From positions 16,597 through 80,596 of the forward strand of contig JAEXLD010000081.1 of NCBI GenBank assembly GCA_023445445.1: DNA of 64,000 bases, in the 5' to 3' direction. Source of the DNA: Bacillota bacterium. Lineage in GTDB: Bacteria > Bacillota > Clostridia > Clostridiales > Clostridiaceae. This document shows, piece after piece, positions 1 through 9,666 of this stretch. The number at the start of each line of letters is the position of its first letter. The first letter of the stretch is position 1. Both the position numbers and the translations under genes were made by a program. The notes below the pieces were generated by a model. It was not told the origin of the DNA and searched no databases. It was given only the letters and a program-made list of their open reading frames with translations.

Positions 1-701
1 ATGACAAAGTAGTTGATAAAGAGATTTTTAATGCTATTGCTGGAACTGATAAGATAGTAAGCTTTATATTAAGGGATGGGACAATATGGACATTTAAGGG
101 TAAGGATATAATTAATGAAAATATTGCTTCAATTAAATTATCAGTAAGTAATACTCCAACAGAAGAGGCTAAAAAAGCAATTGAAGGCCTAACTGATGAT
201 GCTATATTTATAAAATTTCATCATCATGGAAATTTACCAGGAAAAGCTTTAGTAAAGATAAAAATTAATAATGAGGAACTTGTAGGTAAGAAATTAACTT
301 TATATTATTATAATCCAGAAACTAAAGAGGTAGAAAGGATTAGTGATAATATATTTGTAGATAGAGATGGATTTGCAATCCTAGAAATAGATCATTGTAG
401 TGATTACTTCTTATCAGTTAATTCAAATTTATTAGGTATAGAAGAAACGGAAAACAATGAAGGAGAAAACCCAAGTAACAATAACAATGAGGGACAATCT
501 CCAGTTGGTACTGGTGGACAAACTTCAGTTGGTACCGGTGGACAAACTCCAGGAGATGCTAGTTCAGAAATAGGTAACATTGAAAATTCAAATAGGTATA
601 ATAATATACCAGAAACAGGTGGAAATAATCCAATATTTACTTTAATTGCTGGATTATCATTACTTGGAATTGGTGTAGTTTTAACTATTAAAAGAAAATA
701 A
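1..701 (+). CDS. 3' part of a sortase-anchored cell-surface protein (starts upstream of window)
   Basis: Frame 3 is open from the window edge to TAA 699-701 and ends IPETG-GNNPIFTLIAGLSLLGIGVVLTIKRK*, i.e. LPXTG-like motif, hydrophobic helix and basic tail, after a low-complexity linker. Confidence 0.85.
   Translation, partial: DKVVDKEIFNAIAGTDKIVSFILRDGTIWTFKGKDIINENIASIKLSVSNTPTEEAKKAIEGLTDDAIFIKFHHHGNLPGKALVKIKINNEELVGKKLTLYYYNPETKEVERISDNIFVDRDGFAILEIDHCSDYFLSVNSNLLGIEETENNEGENPSNNNNEGQSPVGTGGQTSVGTGGQTPGDASSEIGNIENSNRYNNIPETGGNNPIFTLIAGLSLLGIGVVLTIKRK
492..550 (+). repeat. 24-bp in-frame tandem repeat (~2.4 copies, PVGTGGQT/SVGTGGQT linker)
   Basis: ccagttggtactggtggacaaact / tcagttggtaccggtggacaaact. 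Confidence 0.85.
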
Positions 702-706
702 TCTGT

Positions 707-758
707 AAAAAATTGGGCCCCAGGGGAGGCAACGCCATCCCCTGGGGCCCAATTTTTT
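707..758. repeat. REP-like inverted doublet (CCCCWGGGG family)
   Basis: 21-bp perfect IR aaaaaattgggccccagggga (707-727) / tcccctggggcccaatttttt (738-758), 5 nt after a stop codon. Confidence 0.9.
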
Positions 759-808
759 TCCGATTTTTTTTAAATTAAGAATCACCTGCGTATATAAGAT
801 ATGAGGAG

Positions 809-1042
809 GTGATAAAGATGGCAGCAAGTTCAGTATTAGTTGGAAATGCTTTAGGATTAAGTTACCAAATAGGAGTTGATTCTAAAGGAAATGATGTTTT
901 TAAAGGACAAAGCTTTAGAAACATTTCAGCTACAGCAACAGATGAAGATTTAGTGGCATTATCTGATGCTATAGAAGGAATCCTAGAATATAGGGTTACT
1001 ACTATAAAAAAGGAACAAACTTATATAGTAACTAGAGGTTAA
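809..1042 (+). CDS. DUF1659-like small protein (probable start ATG 818)
   Basis: GAGGAGGT RBS; sequence pattern (G.D..G....K..SF.NI...AT.EDL.AL...I) and pairing with a DUF2922-like gene, as commonly seen in clostridia. Confidence 0.7.
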   Translation: MIKMAASSVLVGNALGLSYQIGVDSKGNDVFKGQSFRNISATATDEDLVALSDAIEGILEYRVTTIKKEQTYIVTRG

Positions 1043-1047
1043 TATGA

Positions 1048-1117
1048 ATTACTTTTTACTTATTCACAATTAACTTATCTATTAACTATTACCTATTCAC
1101 TATTAACTATTACCTAT
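1048..1117. repeat. Degenerate heptamer tandem repeat (TATTAAC/TATTACC/TATTCAC)
   Basis: Five consecutive 7-mers at 1080-1114 plus degenerate copies upstream. Confidence 0.8.
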
Positions 1118-1136
1118 AAAGAAAGGAGGAAACACA

Positions 1137-1355
1137 ATGATTCAAAGAACTGCAAGTATGAGCTTTAAGGATGTAGCTGGCAATAAGAATACATTATCAG
1201 TTAAGGATATAAAGGAAAACGTAGATAATGCAGCTATAACAGCTCTTATGGATACTGTAATTAATAAAAAGCTTATTAAAGGTAAATCTGGTAACTTAGT
1301 TGAAAAACAAGGAGCCCAAATAGTTGTTAAGGACATAACAGAAGTTAAATTTTAG
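1137..1355 (+). CDS. DUF2922-like small protein
   Basis: AGGAGG RBS; M.FKD..G.K.TLSV.D.KE....I...MD.VI pattern. Confidence 0.7.
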   Translation: MIQRTASMSFKDVAGNKNTLSVKDIKENVDNAAITALMDTVINKKLIKGKSGNLVEKQGAQIVVKDITEVKF

Positions 1356-1391
1356 TATTTAAATAATATATAAATTTCCACTTTATATATT

Positions 1392-1430
1392 CCCTTAGTG
1401 AAATTATTAGTAATTTTGCTAAGGGTTTTA
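1392..1430 (+). terminator. Intrinsic terminator
   Basis: cccttagtgaaatta...taattttgctaaggg followed by T tract. Confidence 0.6.
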
Positions 1431-1462
1431 ATTTAAAATAAATATAAAATTGTATAAATTTA

Positions 1463-1491
1463 TTGAAAATTTAGATTATTTATGATATTAT
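1463..1491 (+). promoter_or_regulatory. Putative sigmaA promoter
   Basis: TTGAAA-17 nt-TATTAT with TG extended -10. Confidence 0.45.
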
Positions 1492-1586
1492 TTTAGTAGA
1501 ACTTTATGTGCACCCTAAAATCCCTAAAAGATCAAGGCCCAATTGAATTGGCTTTGGTCTTTTTCCAATATAAAGGAGGTTATATA

Positions 1587-2297
1587 ATGAGGGTATATGA
1601 TAAGGATGAATCTATAAAAATAAAAAATCCTTTAAAGGGACAACATGCTTTATTTGTTGGTGATAGTATAACAAATGCTGCTAAGGATGATTATAAGAAG
1701 TCTGGGTGGGCAGGACGAATAGGGCGAGAAAATAAGATGATATGGAAAAATGCAGGAGTTAACGCTGCTTCAGTATCAAATGTAAGAGGAAGTAATCAAA
1801 TTATACATCAAATTATTAATAGCAGAAGTCATAAATATGATTATGTTATATTACATGGTGGAATTAATGATGCTATGGATAGTGCACCAATTGGAAATAT
1901 TACTAATTCATTTAATATAGGAGAATTTAATAATAGCACCTTTGCAGGAGGGCTAGAGGAATTATTTTGTTATACATATAAATGCTTTTATGGAGCAAAG
2001 TTTGGGTATATTGTAAATTATGCTACTCCAAATTCTAATTGGGGTGGAGAAACAAAGGATATGAGTTCTTATTTTAATATGGCAAAGGATATCTGTGAAA
2101 AGTGGAGTATCCCATATATAGATTTATTTGAGGGTAAAGTAGAGGTAAATGGAAAGCTTTTATCTTATAGTTACGATATTTTAAAAATGGATACATCTGA
2201 ATGTTTATATGATTGTGATTTAGGGGAAGTCCATATAGGGGGAAAGGGATATGATGTTATTTCACCATATATAGCTGATTGGATGAAGACATTATAA
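1587..2297 (+). CDS. SGNH/GDSL-family hydrolase (esterase)
   Basis: FVGDSIT block I, GGIND block III, C-terminal EVH; AAGGAGG RBS favours ATG 1587 over 1506. Confidence 0.85.
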   Translation: MRVYDKDESIKIKNPLKGQHALFVGDSITNAAKDDYKKSGWAGRIGRENKMIWKNAGVNAASVSNVRGSNQIIHQIINSRSHKYDYVILHGGINDAMDSAPIGNITNSFNIGEFNNSTFAGGLEELFCYTYKCFYGAKFGYIVNYATPNSNWGGETKDMSSYFNMAKDICEKWSIPYIDLFEGKVEVNGKLLSYSYDILKMDTSECLYDCDLGEVHIGGKGYDVISPYIADWMKTL

Positions 2298-2314
2298 TAA
2301 AAGATTAATAGATT

Positions 2315-2358
2315 AAATAATATAAGGAGCTTTTTTATTAAAGCTCCTTATATTATTT
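2315..2358. terminator. Intrinsic terminator hairpin
   Basis: 19-bp IR aaataatataaggagcttt / aaagctccttatattattt. Confidence 0.75.
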
Positions 2359-2598
2359 GGGTTGGATTAAAATTAGTATAAAAAATGATTATAATATATA
2401 TAAAAAAAGTGAAGAAAAAGTTTGAATATTATAAAAAATAGGAGTATCATAATAGTATAAATATTGCATTAATTGTAAAAATGGTACAAAAAAGTATCTT
2501 TTTACAATAATTTTGTTTTTAAGGAGGTGTAAATATATTCTCAGAAATTTAAAATATAAATTTACAATTTAGATTGTTACAAGAAGGGACGTGAGAAT

Positions 2599-3009
2599 TT
2601 GCTTAAAATTATTATCTGTACTCATTCTAATTTGGCTATGGGGTTAAAGGATTCCGTTACAATGATTTTAGGGAATGAGCCAAAGGATCTTTATGTTATG
2701 CCATTTCTTGAGGGAGATGACATGATGGAATATAGCAATAAATTAAAGGAAATTGCTGAAGAGTACGAAGAAAAGGGAGAAAAATATGTTTTTCTTGTAG
2801 ACCTATATGGGGCTACTCCATTTAATGCATCTGCAGCAGCTTTAGCAAATTTTAATACTAAAATTATATCAGGTGTAAATCTAGGCTTATTATTGGAATT
2901 ATTAGTAGGAAGAGAATTTTCAGAAGATTATGACTTGCTTTTAGAGGAATGTCTTGAAAAATCTAAAGATAATATGAAAATCATAGACATAAAGGAAATG
3001 TTTGAATAG
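2599..3009 (+). CDS. PTS mannose/fructose/sorbose family IIA
   Basis: IIICTHSNLA (phospho-His), DLYGATPFN, SGVNL motifs. Confidence 0.9.
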   Translation: MLKIIICTHSNLAMGLKDSVTMILGNEPKDLYVMPFLEGDDMMEYSNKLKEIAEEYEEKGEKYVFLVDLYGATPFNASAAALANFNTKIISGVNLGLLLELLVGREFSEDYDLLLEECLEKSKDNMKIIDIKEMFE

Positions 3010-3021
3010 GGGGAGAGACAT

Positions 3022-3504
3022 ATGTTAACACTAGTTCGTTGCGATGATAGATTAATTCATGGACAATGTATGACAGTAATTATTAAGGAGTATGATATTG
3101 AAAGAATATTAGTAGTTGATGATTTCACTGCTAAAAATTCAATTTTAAAAACAGTATTTCAAAAGGCAATGCCATCAGAAATAAAGGGCAATGTTTATAC
3201 TATAAAGGATTCAGTTCAAGAAATTACAGAGGCGATGAATAATAATGAAAGAACTTTATTACTTATGAAGAGCCCTATAGTTTATAGAGATTTAAGAAAA
3301 GAAGTTGCGAATCTTCCATTAGAGCTTAATATTGGACCTATGAGTAATAGAAGAGGAACAACTTCTGCTACGCCAACAGCCCATTTGCTTCCTCAAGAGG
3401 CGGATGCAATTAAGGAATTGACAGAAGAAGGTGTACATGTTTATTTTAGGCAAGTACCTTCACAAAAAACCGTTGAATGGGATGAAGTTAAAAATAAATT
3501 TTAA
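3022..3504 (+). CDS. PTS mannose-family IIB
   Basis: RCDDRLIHGQ motif. Confidence 0.92.
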   Translation: MLTLVRCDDRLIHGQCMTVIIKEYDIERILVVDDFTAKNSILKTVFQKAMPSEIKGNVYTIKDSVQEITEAMNNNERTLLLMKSPIVYRDLRKEVANLPLELNIGPMSNRRGTTSATPTAHLLPQEADAIKELTEEGVHVYFRQVPSQKTVEWDEVKNKF

Positions 3505-3536
3505 ATTAAATTTTAAACAAAAAGGGAGGAATAAAA

Positions 3537-4298
3537 ATGACCTTACTTCAAGCTTTAGTAATTGGATTATTAGGATGGATGAGTTCTATATATTCTCCTG
3601 TTCTTGTTGGAGGACTAGGTGGATGGTATACACTTGGAAGACCATTAGTTTCCGGTATGGTAATAGGACTTATTTTAGGAGATGTAAAAACTGGTATTAT
3701 TTTAGGAGCAGCAATACAATCTTTATATATTGGACTTGTTACTCCAGGTGGATCAATGCCATCAGATGTTAACTTTGCTGCATGGATAGGTATTCCATTA
3801 GCATTAGTAGCTGGAGCAGGAACAGAATATGCTCTTGCAATTTCAGTACCACTAAGTCTTTTAGGAGTAGCTGCAGTATATACAACTGTTGCTATTAACT
3901 TATATTTTGTTCACAGGCAGGATGCATTAATAGATGCTGGAAAGCTGGATAAAGCAATAAATATACCTGTAGTTGGACAAATTACAAACTTTGTTATTAG
4001 ATTTTTCCCAATATTCCTTATTAATTATTTCGGAGCAGATTTTGCTACTAAAATGATTAACATAATGCCTGAATGGTTAACAAATATACTTCAAATGTTT
4101 GCACCAATGCTACCTTTAATAGGTTTTACTCTTCTATTAAAGATGATAGTAAAGAAGAAATTCGATTTAATTTACTTCGTATTTGGTTTCTTCCTAGTAG
4201 CAGTTATGAACTTAGATATGATATCTATAGTTATTTTAGGAGCACTATTAGCTTATGTACTATATAAAGCAAATAATAATAAGGAGGTGTCCTTATAA
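3537..4298 (+). CDS. PTS mannose-family IIC
   Basis: RPLVSGMVIGLILGD, PGGSMPSD motifs; hydrophobic. Confidence 0.92.
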   Translation: MTLLQALVIGLLGWMSSIYSPVLVGGLGGWYTLGRPLVSGMVIGLILGDVKTGIILGAAIQSLYIGLVTPGGSMPSDVNFAAWIGIPLALVAGAGTEYALAISVPLSLLGVAAVYTTVAINLYFVHRQDALIDAGKLDKAINIPVVGQITNFVIRFFPIFLINYFGADFATKMINIMPEWLTNILQMFAPMLPLIGFTLLLKMIVKKKFDLIYFVFGFFLVAVMNLDMISIVILGALLAYVLYKANNNKEVSL

Positions 4299-5125
4299 TG
4301 GCTGAAGAAAAAAATAAATTATCAAAAAAAGTAATAAAGAAGGCTTATTGGGATTGGATGTTCTTTAATCTTTCAGTTCAAAACTTTGAAAGAATGGAAG
4401 GTCCAGGAATAATTAGAATGTTAGGACAAGTTAAGGACGAGCTATATCCTAATGACAAAAAGGCTCAACAAGAAATGTTGCAAAGACATACAATATTCTT
4501 TAATACAGAACCATATCTTGGTTGTATAGTACCAGGTATAGTTCTTGGTATGGAAGCTGAAAAGGCTGCTGGTGGAGATGTAGATGAAGAATTTATTAAC
4601 TCTATTAAAACAGCTCTTATGGGACCTTTCGCTGGAATTGGAGACTCACTTCTTCCAGGTACATTAATACCAATATTACTTTCCATAGGAATGGGATTAT
4701 GTAAAAATGGTGAAATTATAGGACCATTGTTCTATGTTATAGCATTTTTAGGAATTATGTTCCCTCTTACTTGGTTCTTGTTCTCTTATGGTGCTAAAGC
4801 AGGTGCAAATGCAGCTCAAACTGTATTAGAAAGTGGTATTAAAGACAAAGTAACAAATGCAGCAGAAATCGTTGGATTAGTTACTGTTGGTGCTATTACA
4901 GCATCTTATGCAAGTGTTAAAGTTGGATTGGTTTATAGTTCAGGTGAAATGACAGTAAATGTTGGGGAAATTCTTGAAGGTTTATTCCCTAAACTTCCAG
5001 TTTTACTTATGGCATTTTTAACTTATCATTTAATGGTTAATAAGAAATGGTCAGTTGGTAAAATGATGCTATTATTCTTAATTATATCTATAGTTGGTTA
5101 CTTTACTAAGATACTTATCTTATAA
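4298..5125 (+). CDS. PTS mannose-family IID
   Basis: NFERM, FFNTEP, LMGPFAGIGDSL motifs. Confidence 0.93.
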   Translation: MAEEKNKLSKKVIKKAYWDWMFFNLSVQNFERMEGPGIIRMLGQVKDELYPNDKKAQQEMLQRHTIFFNTEPYLGCIVPGIVLGMEAEKAAGGDVDEEFINSIKTALMGPFAGIGDSLLPGTLIPILLSIGMGLCKNGEIIGPLFYVIAFLGIMFPLTWFLFSYGAKAGANAAQTVLESGIKDKVTNAAEIVGLVTVGAITASYASVKVGLVYSSGEMTVNVGEILEGLFPKLPVLLMAFLTYHLMVNKKWSVGKMMLLFLIISIVGYFTKILIL

Positions 5126-5180
5126 AAGTATTATAAAAGTAATGTTTATAAACATTGGTTAATTGTGAGAGGAGTCTAAA

Positions 5181-5897
5181 ATGAAAGAATCAGTAAGAAA
5201 GTTACAAAATGGAATTATAATTTCTTGTCAGGCTTATGAAGACACCCCTCTTTATGGTGCGGATTATATGAAAAAAATGGCTGAATCTGCAATTATAGGA
5301 GGAGCAAATGGGATAAGAGCATGTTGGCCACAAGATATTAAAGCAATAAGAAGCATAACGAATTTACCTATAGTTGGTATAAATAAAGTTATAAGTGATA
5401 AGGATCCATTAACTAATGTCTTTATTACTCCAACCTTTGAATCTGCCGCTGAAGTAATAGAGGCAGGAGCAGATATACTAGGTATAGATTGCACAATTCG
5501 TGAGAGTCGTGGCTTTGATGAACTTTGTAATTTGCTAAATAAAATTAGAGATAGATATCCTGAAATCGCAATAATGGCTGATTTAGCAACTTTAAATGAA
5601 GGTATTAAAGTAGCTGAAACAGGGCTTGTAGATATAATATCTACAACTCTATCAGGTTACACTTTAGAATCTTTAGGAAGCCATAAAGATGGTCCAGACC
5701 TAGAACTTTTGGAAGAATTAAAGAAAAAAGTGAATTTACCTATTAACTGTGAAGGAAGGATATGGGAGCTTGCAGATTTAAAAAGCGCTCTTGATTCAGG
5801 TGCAGATATGGTAACAATAGGGACAGCAGTAACAAGACCACATCTGATAACTAATAGATTTGTAAATTTCAATTTAGAATATCAAAAACATAAATAA
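5181..5897 (+). CDS. nanE: N-acetylmannosamine-6-phosphate 2-epimerase
   Basis: IISCQA, GIRA, PIVGINK, FITPT, TTLSGYT, EGRI, GTAVTRP. Confidence 0.92.
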   Translation: MKESVRKLQNGIIISCQAYEDTPLYGADYMKKMAESAIIGGANGIRACWPQDIKAIRSITNLPIVGINKVISDKDPLTNVFITPTFESAAEVIEAGADILGIDCTIRESRGFDELCNLLNKIRDRYPEIAIMADLATLNEGIKVAETGLVDIISTTLSGYTLESLGSHKDGPDLELLEELKKKVNLPINCEGRIWELADLKSALDSGADMVTIGTAVTRPHLITNRFVNFNLEYQKHK

Positions 5898-5950
5898 AGA
5901 AATCAAATTATTAAAATGACAAATTAACAAACAAAACTATTAAAAGTTTT

Positions 5951-6075
5951 AATGTAGAGATTTAAAGTAGAATGCAGAGTATAAGATATTGAGGCAATTA
6001 TTAATTAATTTATTAATTAATAATTAAAAATGAAACTCCCAAAGGAGTTTCCACCTCAATTCTACATTCTACATT
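5951..6075. repeat. Heptamer-led hairpin element (family 2)
   Basis: The minus strand reads aatgtagaatgtagaattgagg then hairpin gaaactcc/ggagtttc; 21/22 match to 12783-12804; degenerate opposing arm at 5951-5994. Confidence 0.7.
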
Positions 6076-6087
6076 ATTAATATTGGG

Positions 6088-7224
6088 GTGAAATCTATGA
6101 TAATACAAAGTAAAAATGTATGGTTACATGAAGATTTTGTAGCAGCTCAATTAACAATTGAAGGAGATAAAATAATTAAGGTTAATGAATATAATAAAGA
6201 AGCTCCAGATGTTGATTATGGAGAAAATTATATTCTTCCAGGCTTTATTGATATACATAGCCATGGGTATGGCGGAATAAGTGCATCAAAATCATCATCA
6301 GAGGAATTAGTGAAGTGGAAAAAATATTTACCAGAAGAAGGGGTTACTTCTTTTTTACCTTCAGTTGAAACTCAATCTGAAGCTGATAATATAAAAGCTT
6401 ATAAAAATATAGTTACTACTATGAGTAATAATGATGGAGCAGAAATTTTAGGAATATATATGGAGGGGAATTTTATTTCAGAAAAGACTAGAGGGGCTCA
6501 ATGTAAGGATTTTATAGTGAAGCCTTCTATAGATGTTCTTAAAAAGTACATAGATGCTGCTGATAATAATTTAAAGCTTATATGTATTGCACCAGAAGAG
6601 GATGAGGGTTTTAAAGTTTGTGAATATGCAAGTAGCAAAGGTATAAAGGTAAGTATTGGACATAGTAATGCTACCTATAAGACTGTAAAAAATGCTATAA
6701 ATCATGGAGCTATATCTATAACTCATACTTATAATGGTTGTCCTAGATTTCATCATAGGGAAGTTGGTGTAATAGGAGCAGCTATGGATATAGATGATCT
6801 TTATACAGAGGTTATTGGTGATGGAAGACATGTATCCTTTGAGGCTGTTAGAATACTAGGAAGGCTAAAGGGAAAGGACAAGCTCATATTAGTTAGTGAT
6901 GCATTTCCATTAAAGGGTTATATGGGGGAATTACCTCTAGGCATCACAAGAACGGATGATGGACAATTTGTAAATAATGAAGGTAATCTTTGTGGATCAT
7001 CATTAAAGATAAATGAGGGGATAAATAATTTAATTAAAAAAGCTAAACTTCCTTTAGTAACAGCAATTAATTCTGCAACTATTAACCCAGCTAGAATGTT
7101 AGGTATAAACAAGAATAAAGGGTCTATTGAGATAAATAAAGATGCAGACTTAGTAATAACAAATTCAGATTTTAATGTTATGTTCACATATTGTAAGGGC
7201 AGAGAGGTATATAAAGGTGAATAG
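6088..7224 (+). CDS. nagA: N-acetylglucosamine-6-phosphate deacetylase
   Basis: PGFIDIHSHG, EGNF, GHS, THTYN, DGRH, SDA, ATINPA. Confidence 0.92.
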   Translation: MKSMIIQSKNVWLHEDFVAAQLTIEGDKIIKVNEYNKEAPDVDYGENYILPGFIDIHSHGYGGISASKSSSEELVKWKKYLPEEGVTSFLPSVETQSEADNIKAYKNIVTTMSNNDGAEILGIYMEGNFISEKTRGAQCKDFIVKPSIDVLKKYIDAADNNLKLICIAPEEDEGFKVCEYASSKGIKVSIGHSNATYKTVKNAINHGAISITHTYNGCPRFHHREVGVIGAAMDIDDLYTEVIGDGRHVSFEAVRILGRLKGKDKLILVSDAFPLKGYMGELPLGITRTDDGQFVNNEGNLCGSSLKINEGINNLIKKAKLPLVTAINSATINPARMLGINKNKGSIEINKDADLVITNSDFNVMFTYCKGREVYKGE

Positions 7225-7225
7225 T

Positions 7226-7759
7226 ATGGACGGTGTATTTCAGAACAGGGTATTTCAGTTTGCAATAAATAAAGAAGAGTATTTAGAGTTTTTAAGGTTT
7301 AGATATGGAATTTCTAAGGAAAGTAAAAATAGAAAGCTGTGGATAATAACTTCTATACCAACATTAATAATTGTAAGTGATATTTTCTTTAAGTTATATA
7401 GTAAGTGGCAATATATTCTTTTATCAGTTTTATTAATTGCTCTTTGGATATTTATTGCTGTACCTAAGATTTGGAAGTGGATTTTAGGAAAACAATTTAA
7501 TGAAAGTATTTTTGAAAGGGTTAATATAAAGGCCTTTGAAAATATTACTGCTGAATTTAGAGATAAGAATATTCTTATTAAGGATAGAGGAAATAATATA
7601 GAGATAAATTATAAGGATGTATCAAAAGTAATTCCTATAAATAATATGTTTGTTATCTTATATAAAGGACAAGGAGTAATTTTATTACCTTATCGTGTCT
7701 TTAAGGAAGATAAAGATATAAAGGAATTTTTAATAAGTATAGAAAAGAAAATATCATAA
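7226..7759 (+). CDS. YcxB-like membrane protein
   Basis: Two TM helices then a soluble domain ending ILLPYRVF; start moved to ATG 7226 after AAGGTGA. Confidence 0.6.
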   Translation: MDGVFQNRVFQFAINKEEYLEFLRFRYGISKESKNRKLWIITSIPTLIIVSDIFFKLYSKWQYILLSVLLIALWIFIAVPKIWKWILGKQFNESIFERVNIKAFENITAEFRDKNILIKDRGNNIEINYKDVSKVIPINNMFVILYKGQGVILLPYRVFKEDKDIKEFLISIEKKIS

Positions 7760-7820
7760 TTGGAAAATAAATGGGCCCCAGGGGCTTAATTGCCCCTGGG
7801 GCCCATTTATTTTCCAATTA
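7757..7820. repeat. REP-like inverted doublet
   Basis: 29-bp perfect IR taattggaaaataaatgggccccaggggc / complement, 6-nt spacer; begins at the TAA stop. Confidence 0.92.
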
Positions 7821-7875
7821 CATTCCATTTTGTGAATTAAAATGGTATACTTTTCACAGAAGGGGCTGGGAAAAT

Positions 7876-9654
7876 ATGTATAAGAAAACCATAAGAAATA
7901 GACTTTTAATATTCTTTTTAGTTATTATGTTTTTGCCAATAACTATGCTAGGTATATTTTCTAATTTAGTTTATACGAAAATGGTTGAAAACAAGGTTAA
8001 TCAGCATACTAGCCAAATGATAAATCAAATAGAAATTAATATAGATAACTATATTAAATCTGTTGAAAATATTTTAATGTATATTTCTAATTCAGAGGAC
8101 GTTATAAATTTCCTAAATAAACAAGATACTTTATCAGAAGATGAAGGAGAAATATTAGAGAATAGAATTAAAAGAAGTTTAAAAACCTACACAGAAGTTA
8201 ATTCAGAAATATTAGGATTACTAGTTGTAAATAGTGAGGATAAATATATAAGCAATGATCTTGAGAAAAAGACAAGGGATGAGCTAGCAAGAGAAATATG
8301 GTTTAATGAAGCAATAATTGAAGATGGAAAGGTCCATTTTTTTAGCAAGCCCATTGGAAGAAACTTAAAATCTTATAAAAACTACAGTGCAGAGGATATT
8401 ATTACTATTAGCAAGGCAGTTATTGATAAGGAAACAAAGAATATAATTGGTGTTATTATGGCAGATATTAATTTGAAAAAGTTTGATGATATAATAAGGG
8501 ACAATTATATTGGAGAAACGGGATTCTTTTACCTTTTAGATAATAATAACAATATAGTCTATTCCCCTGTAAATCCAATTATATATAGAATAAGTAATAA
8601 TAACTTTAATGGAACTAATGGTAATTTTATAAAGACTATAAATAATGAAGCCTTTAGGATAACTTATAACACTAGTGATGTTACAGGCTGGAAAAGTATT
8701 GGTGTGTTTTCCTTTAATGATATTTCAAAAGACATAATTAAAATGGAAAGGTTTACTTTAATTATTACTATATCAACCTTTTTATTAGCAGTATTCTTCT
8801 CACTTTTATTTACCAATAGTATTGTAACTCCTATTAAGGAATTAAAAAACCTAATGAAGGGAGTGGAATCAGGTGATTTAGATTTAAGATTTGAAGAAGA
8901 AAGATATAATAATGAGTTTGGAGAACTTGGACATAGTTTTAATCATATGGTTAGTGAAATAAAAGAACTTATCAACATGGTTTATAAAGAACAAAGTAGC
9001 AAGAGAAAAGCAGAAATAGAAATCCTACAATCTCAAATAAAACCTCATTTTTTATATAATACTTTAGATACTATAGCTTGGATGGCAGAGGATTACAATG
9101 CAAAGGAAATTGTGCATTTAGTTGGAGCATTAACTAAGGTATTTAGAATTGGATTAAGTAAAGGCAAGGAAGTTATTAAGCTTAAGGATGAAATTGAGCA
9201 TATAAATAGCTACCTAACTATTCAAAAATATAGGTATGAGGATAAGTTAAGCTATAAGATTTCTTATGATGAAGCTGTTTTAGATGTTTTAGTTTTAAAA
9301 CTTATTACACAACCTATTGTAGAAAATTCAATTTATCATGGAATAAAAGAAAAGAGAGGAAAGGGAGAAATAAACATTAACTTTAGAAAAGTTGTGGATG
9401 AAATAATTATTACTGTTAAAGATAATGGAGCTGGAATATCTGAAGAAAAGCTTCAAAATATAAATTCAATGTTAGAAACGGGAAACAGTTTTTATATTGA
9501 TTCTGAAAGTGGATCTGGTTATGGAATATCAAATGTTAATACTAGAATTAAGCTTAGTTACGGACAAGCTTATGGATTAAGATACTATAGTAAATTAGGG
9601 GAATTTACTACAGTAGAAATAAGACTTCCATTTGAAAATAATTATAAGGGGTAG
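7876..9654 (+). CDS. YesM/LytS-type sensor histidine kinase (Cache-HAMP-His_kinase)
   Basis: LQSQIKPHFLYNTLD, QPIVENSIYHG, DNGAG, GYGISNV; the ORF-track start 7771 lies in the repeat, real start probably 7876. Confidence 0.9.
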   Translation: MYKKTIRNRLLIFFLVIMFLPITMLGIFSNLVYTKMVENKVNQHTSQMINQIEINIDNYIKSVENILMYISNSEDVINFLNKQDTLSEDEGEILENRIKRSLKTYTEVNSEILGLLVVNSEDKYISNDLEKKTRDELAREIWFNEAIIEDGKVHFFSKPIGRNLKSYKNYSAEDIITISKAVIDKETKNIIGVIMADINLKKFDDIIRDNYIGETGFFYLLDNNNNIVYSPVNPIIYRISNNNFNGTNGNFIKTINNEAFRITYNTSDVTGWKSIGVFSFNDISKDIIKMERFTLIITISTFLLAVFFSLLFTNSIVTPIKELKNLMKGVESGDLDLRFEEERYNNEFGELGHSFNHMVSEIKELINMVYKEQSSKRKAEIEILQSQIKPHFLYNTLDTIAWMAEDYNAKEIVHLVGALTKVFRIGLSKGKEVIKLKDEIEHINSYLTIQKYRYEDKLSYKISYDEAVLDVLVLKLITQPIVENSIYHGIKEKRGKGEININFRKVVDEIIITVKDNGAGISEEKLQNINSMLETGNSFYIDSESGSGYGISNVNTRIKLSYGQAYGLRYYSKLGEFTTVEIRLPFENNYKG

Positions 9655-9666
9655 GAGGGATTAGCT

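Noticed and set aside
7771..7875. N-terminal extension of the histidine kinase in the ORF track
   Set aside because: The ATG lies inside the REP arm; an RBS-like AGGGG and a typical N-terminus start at 7876
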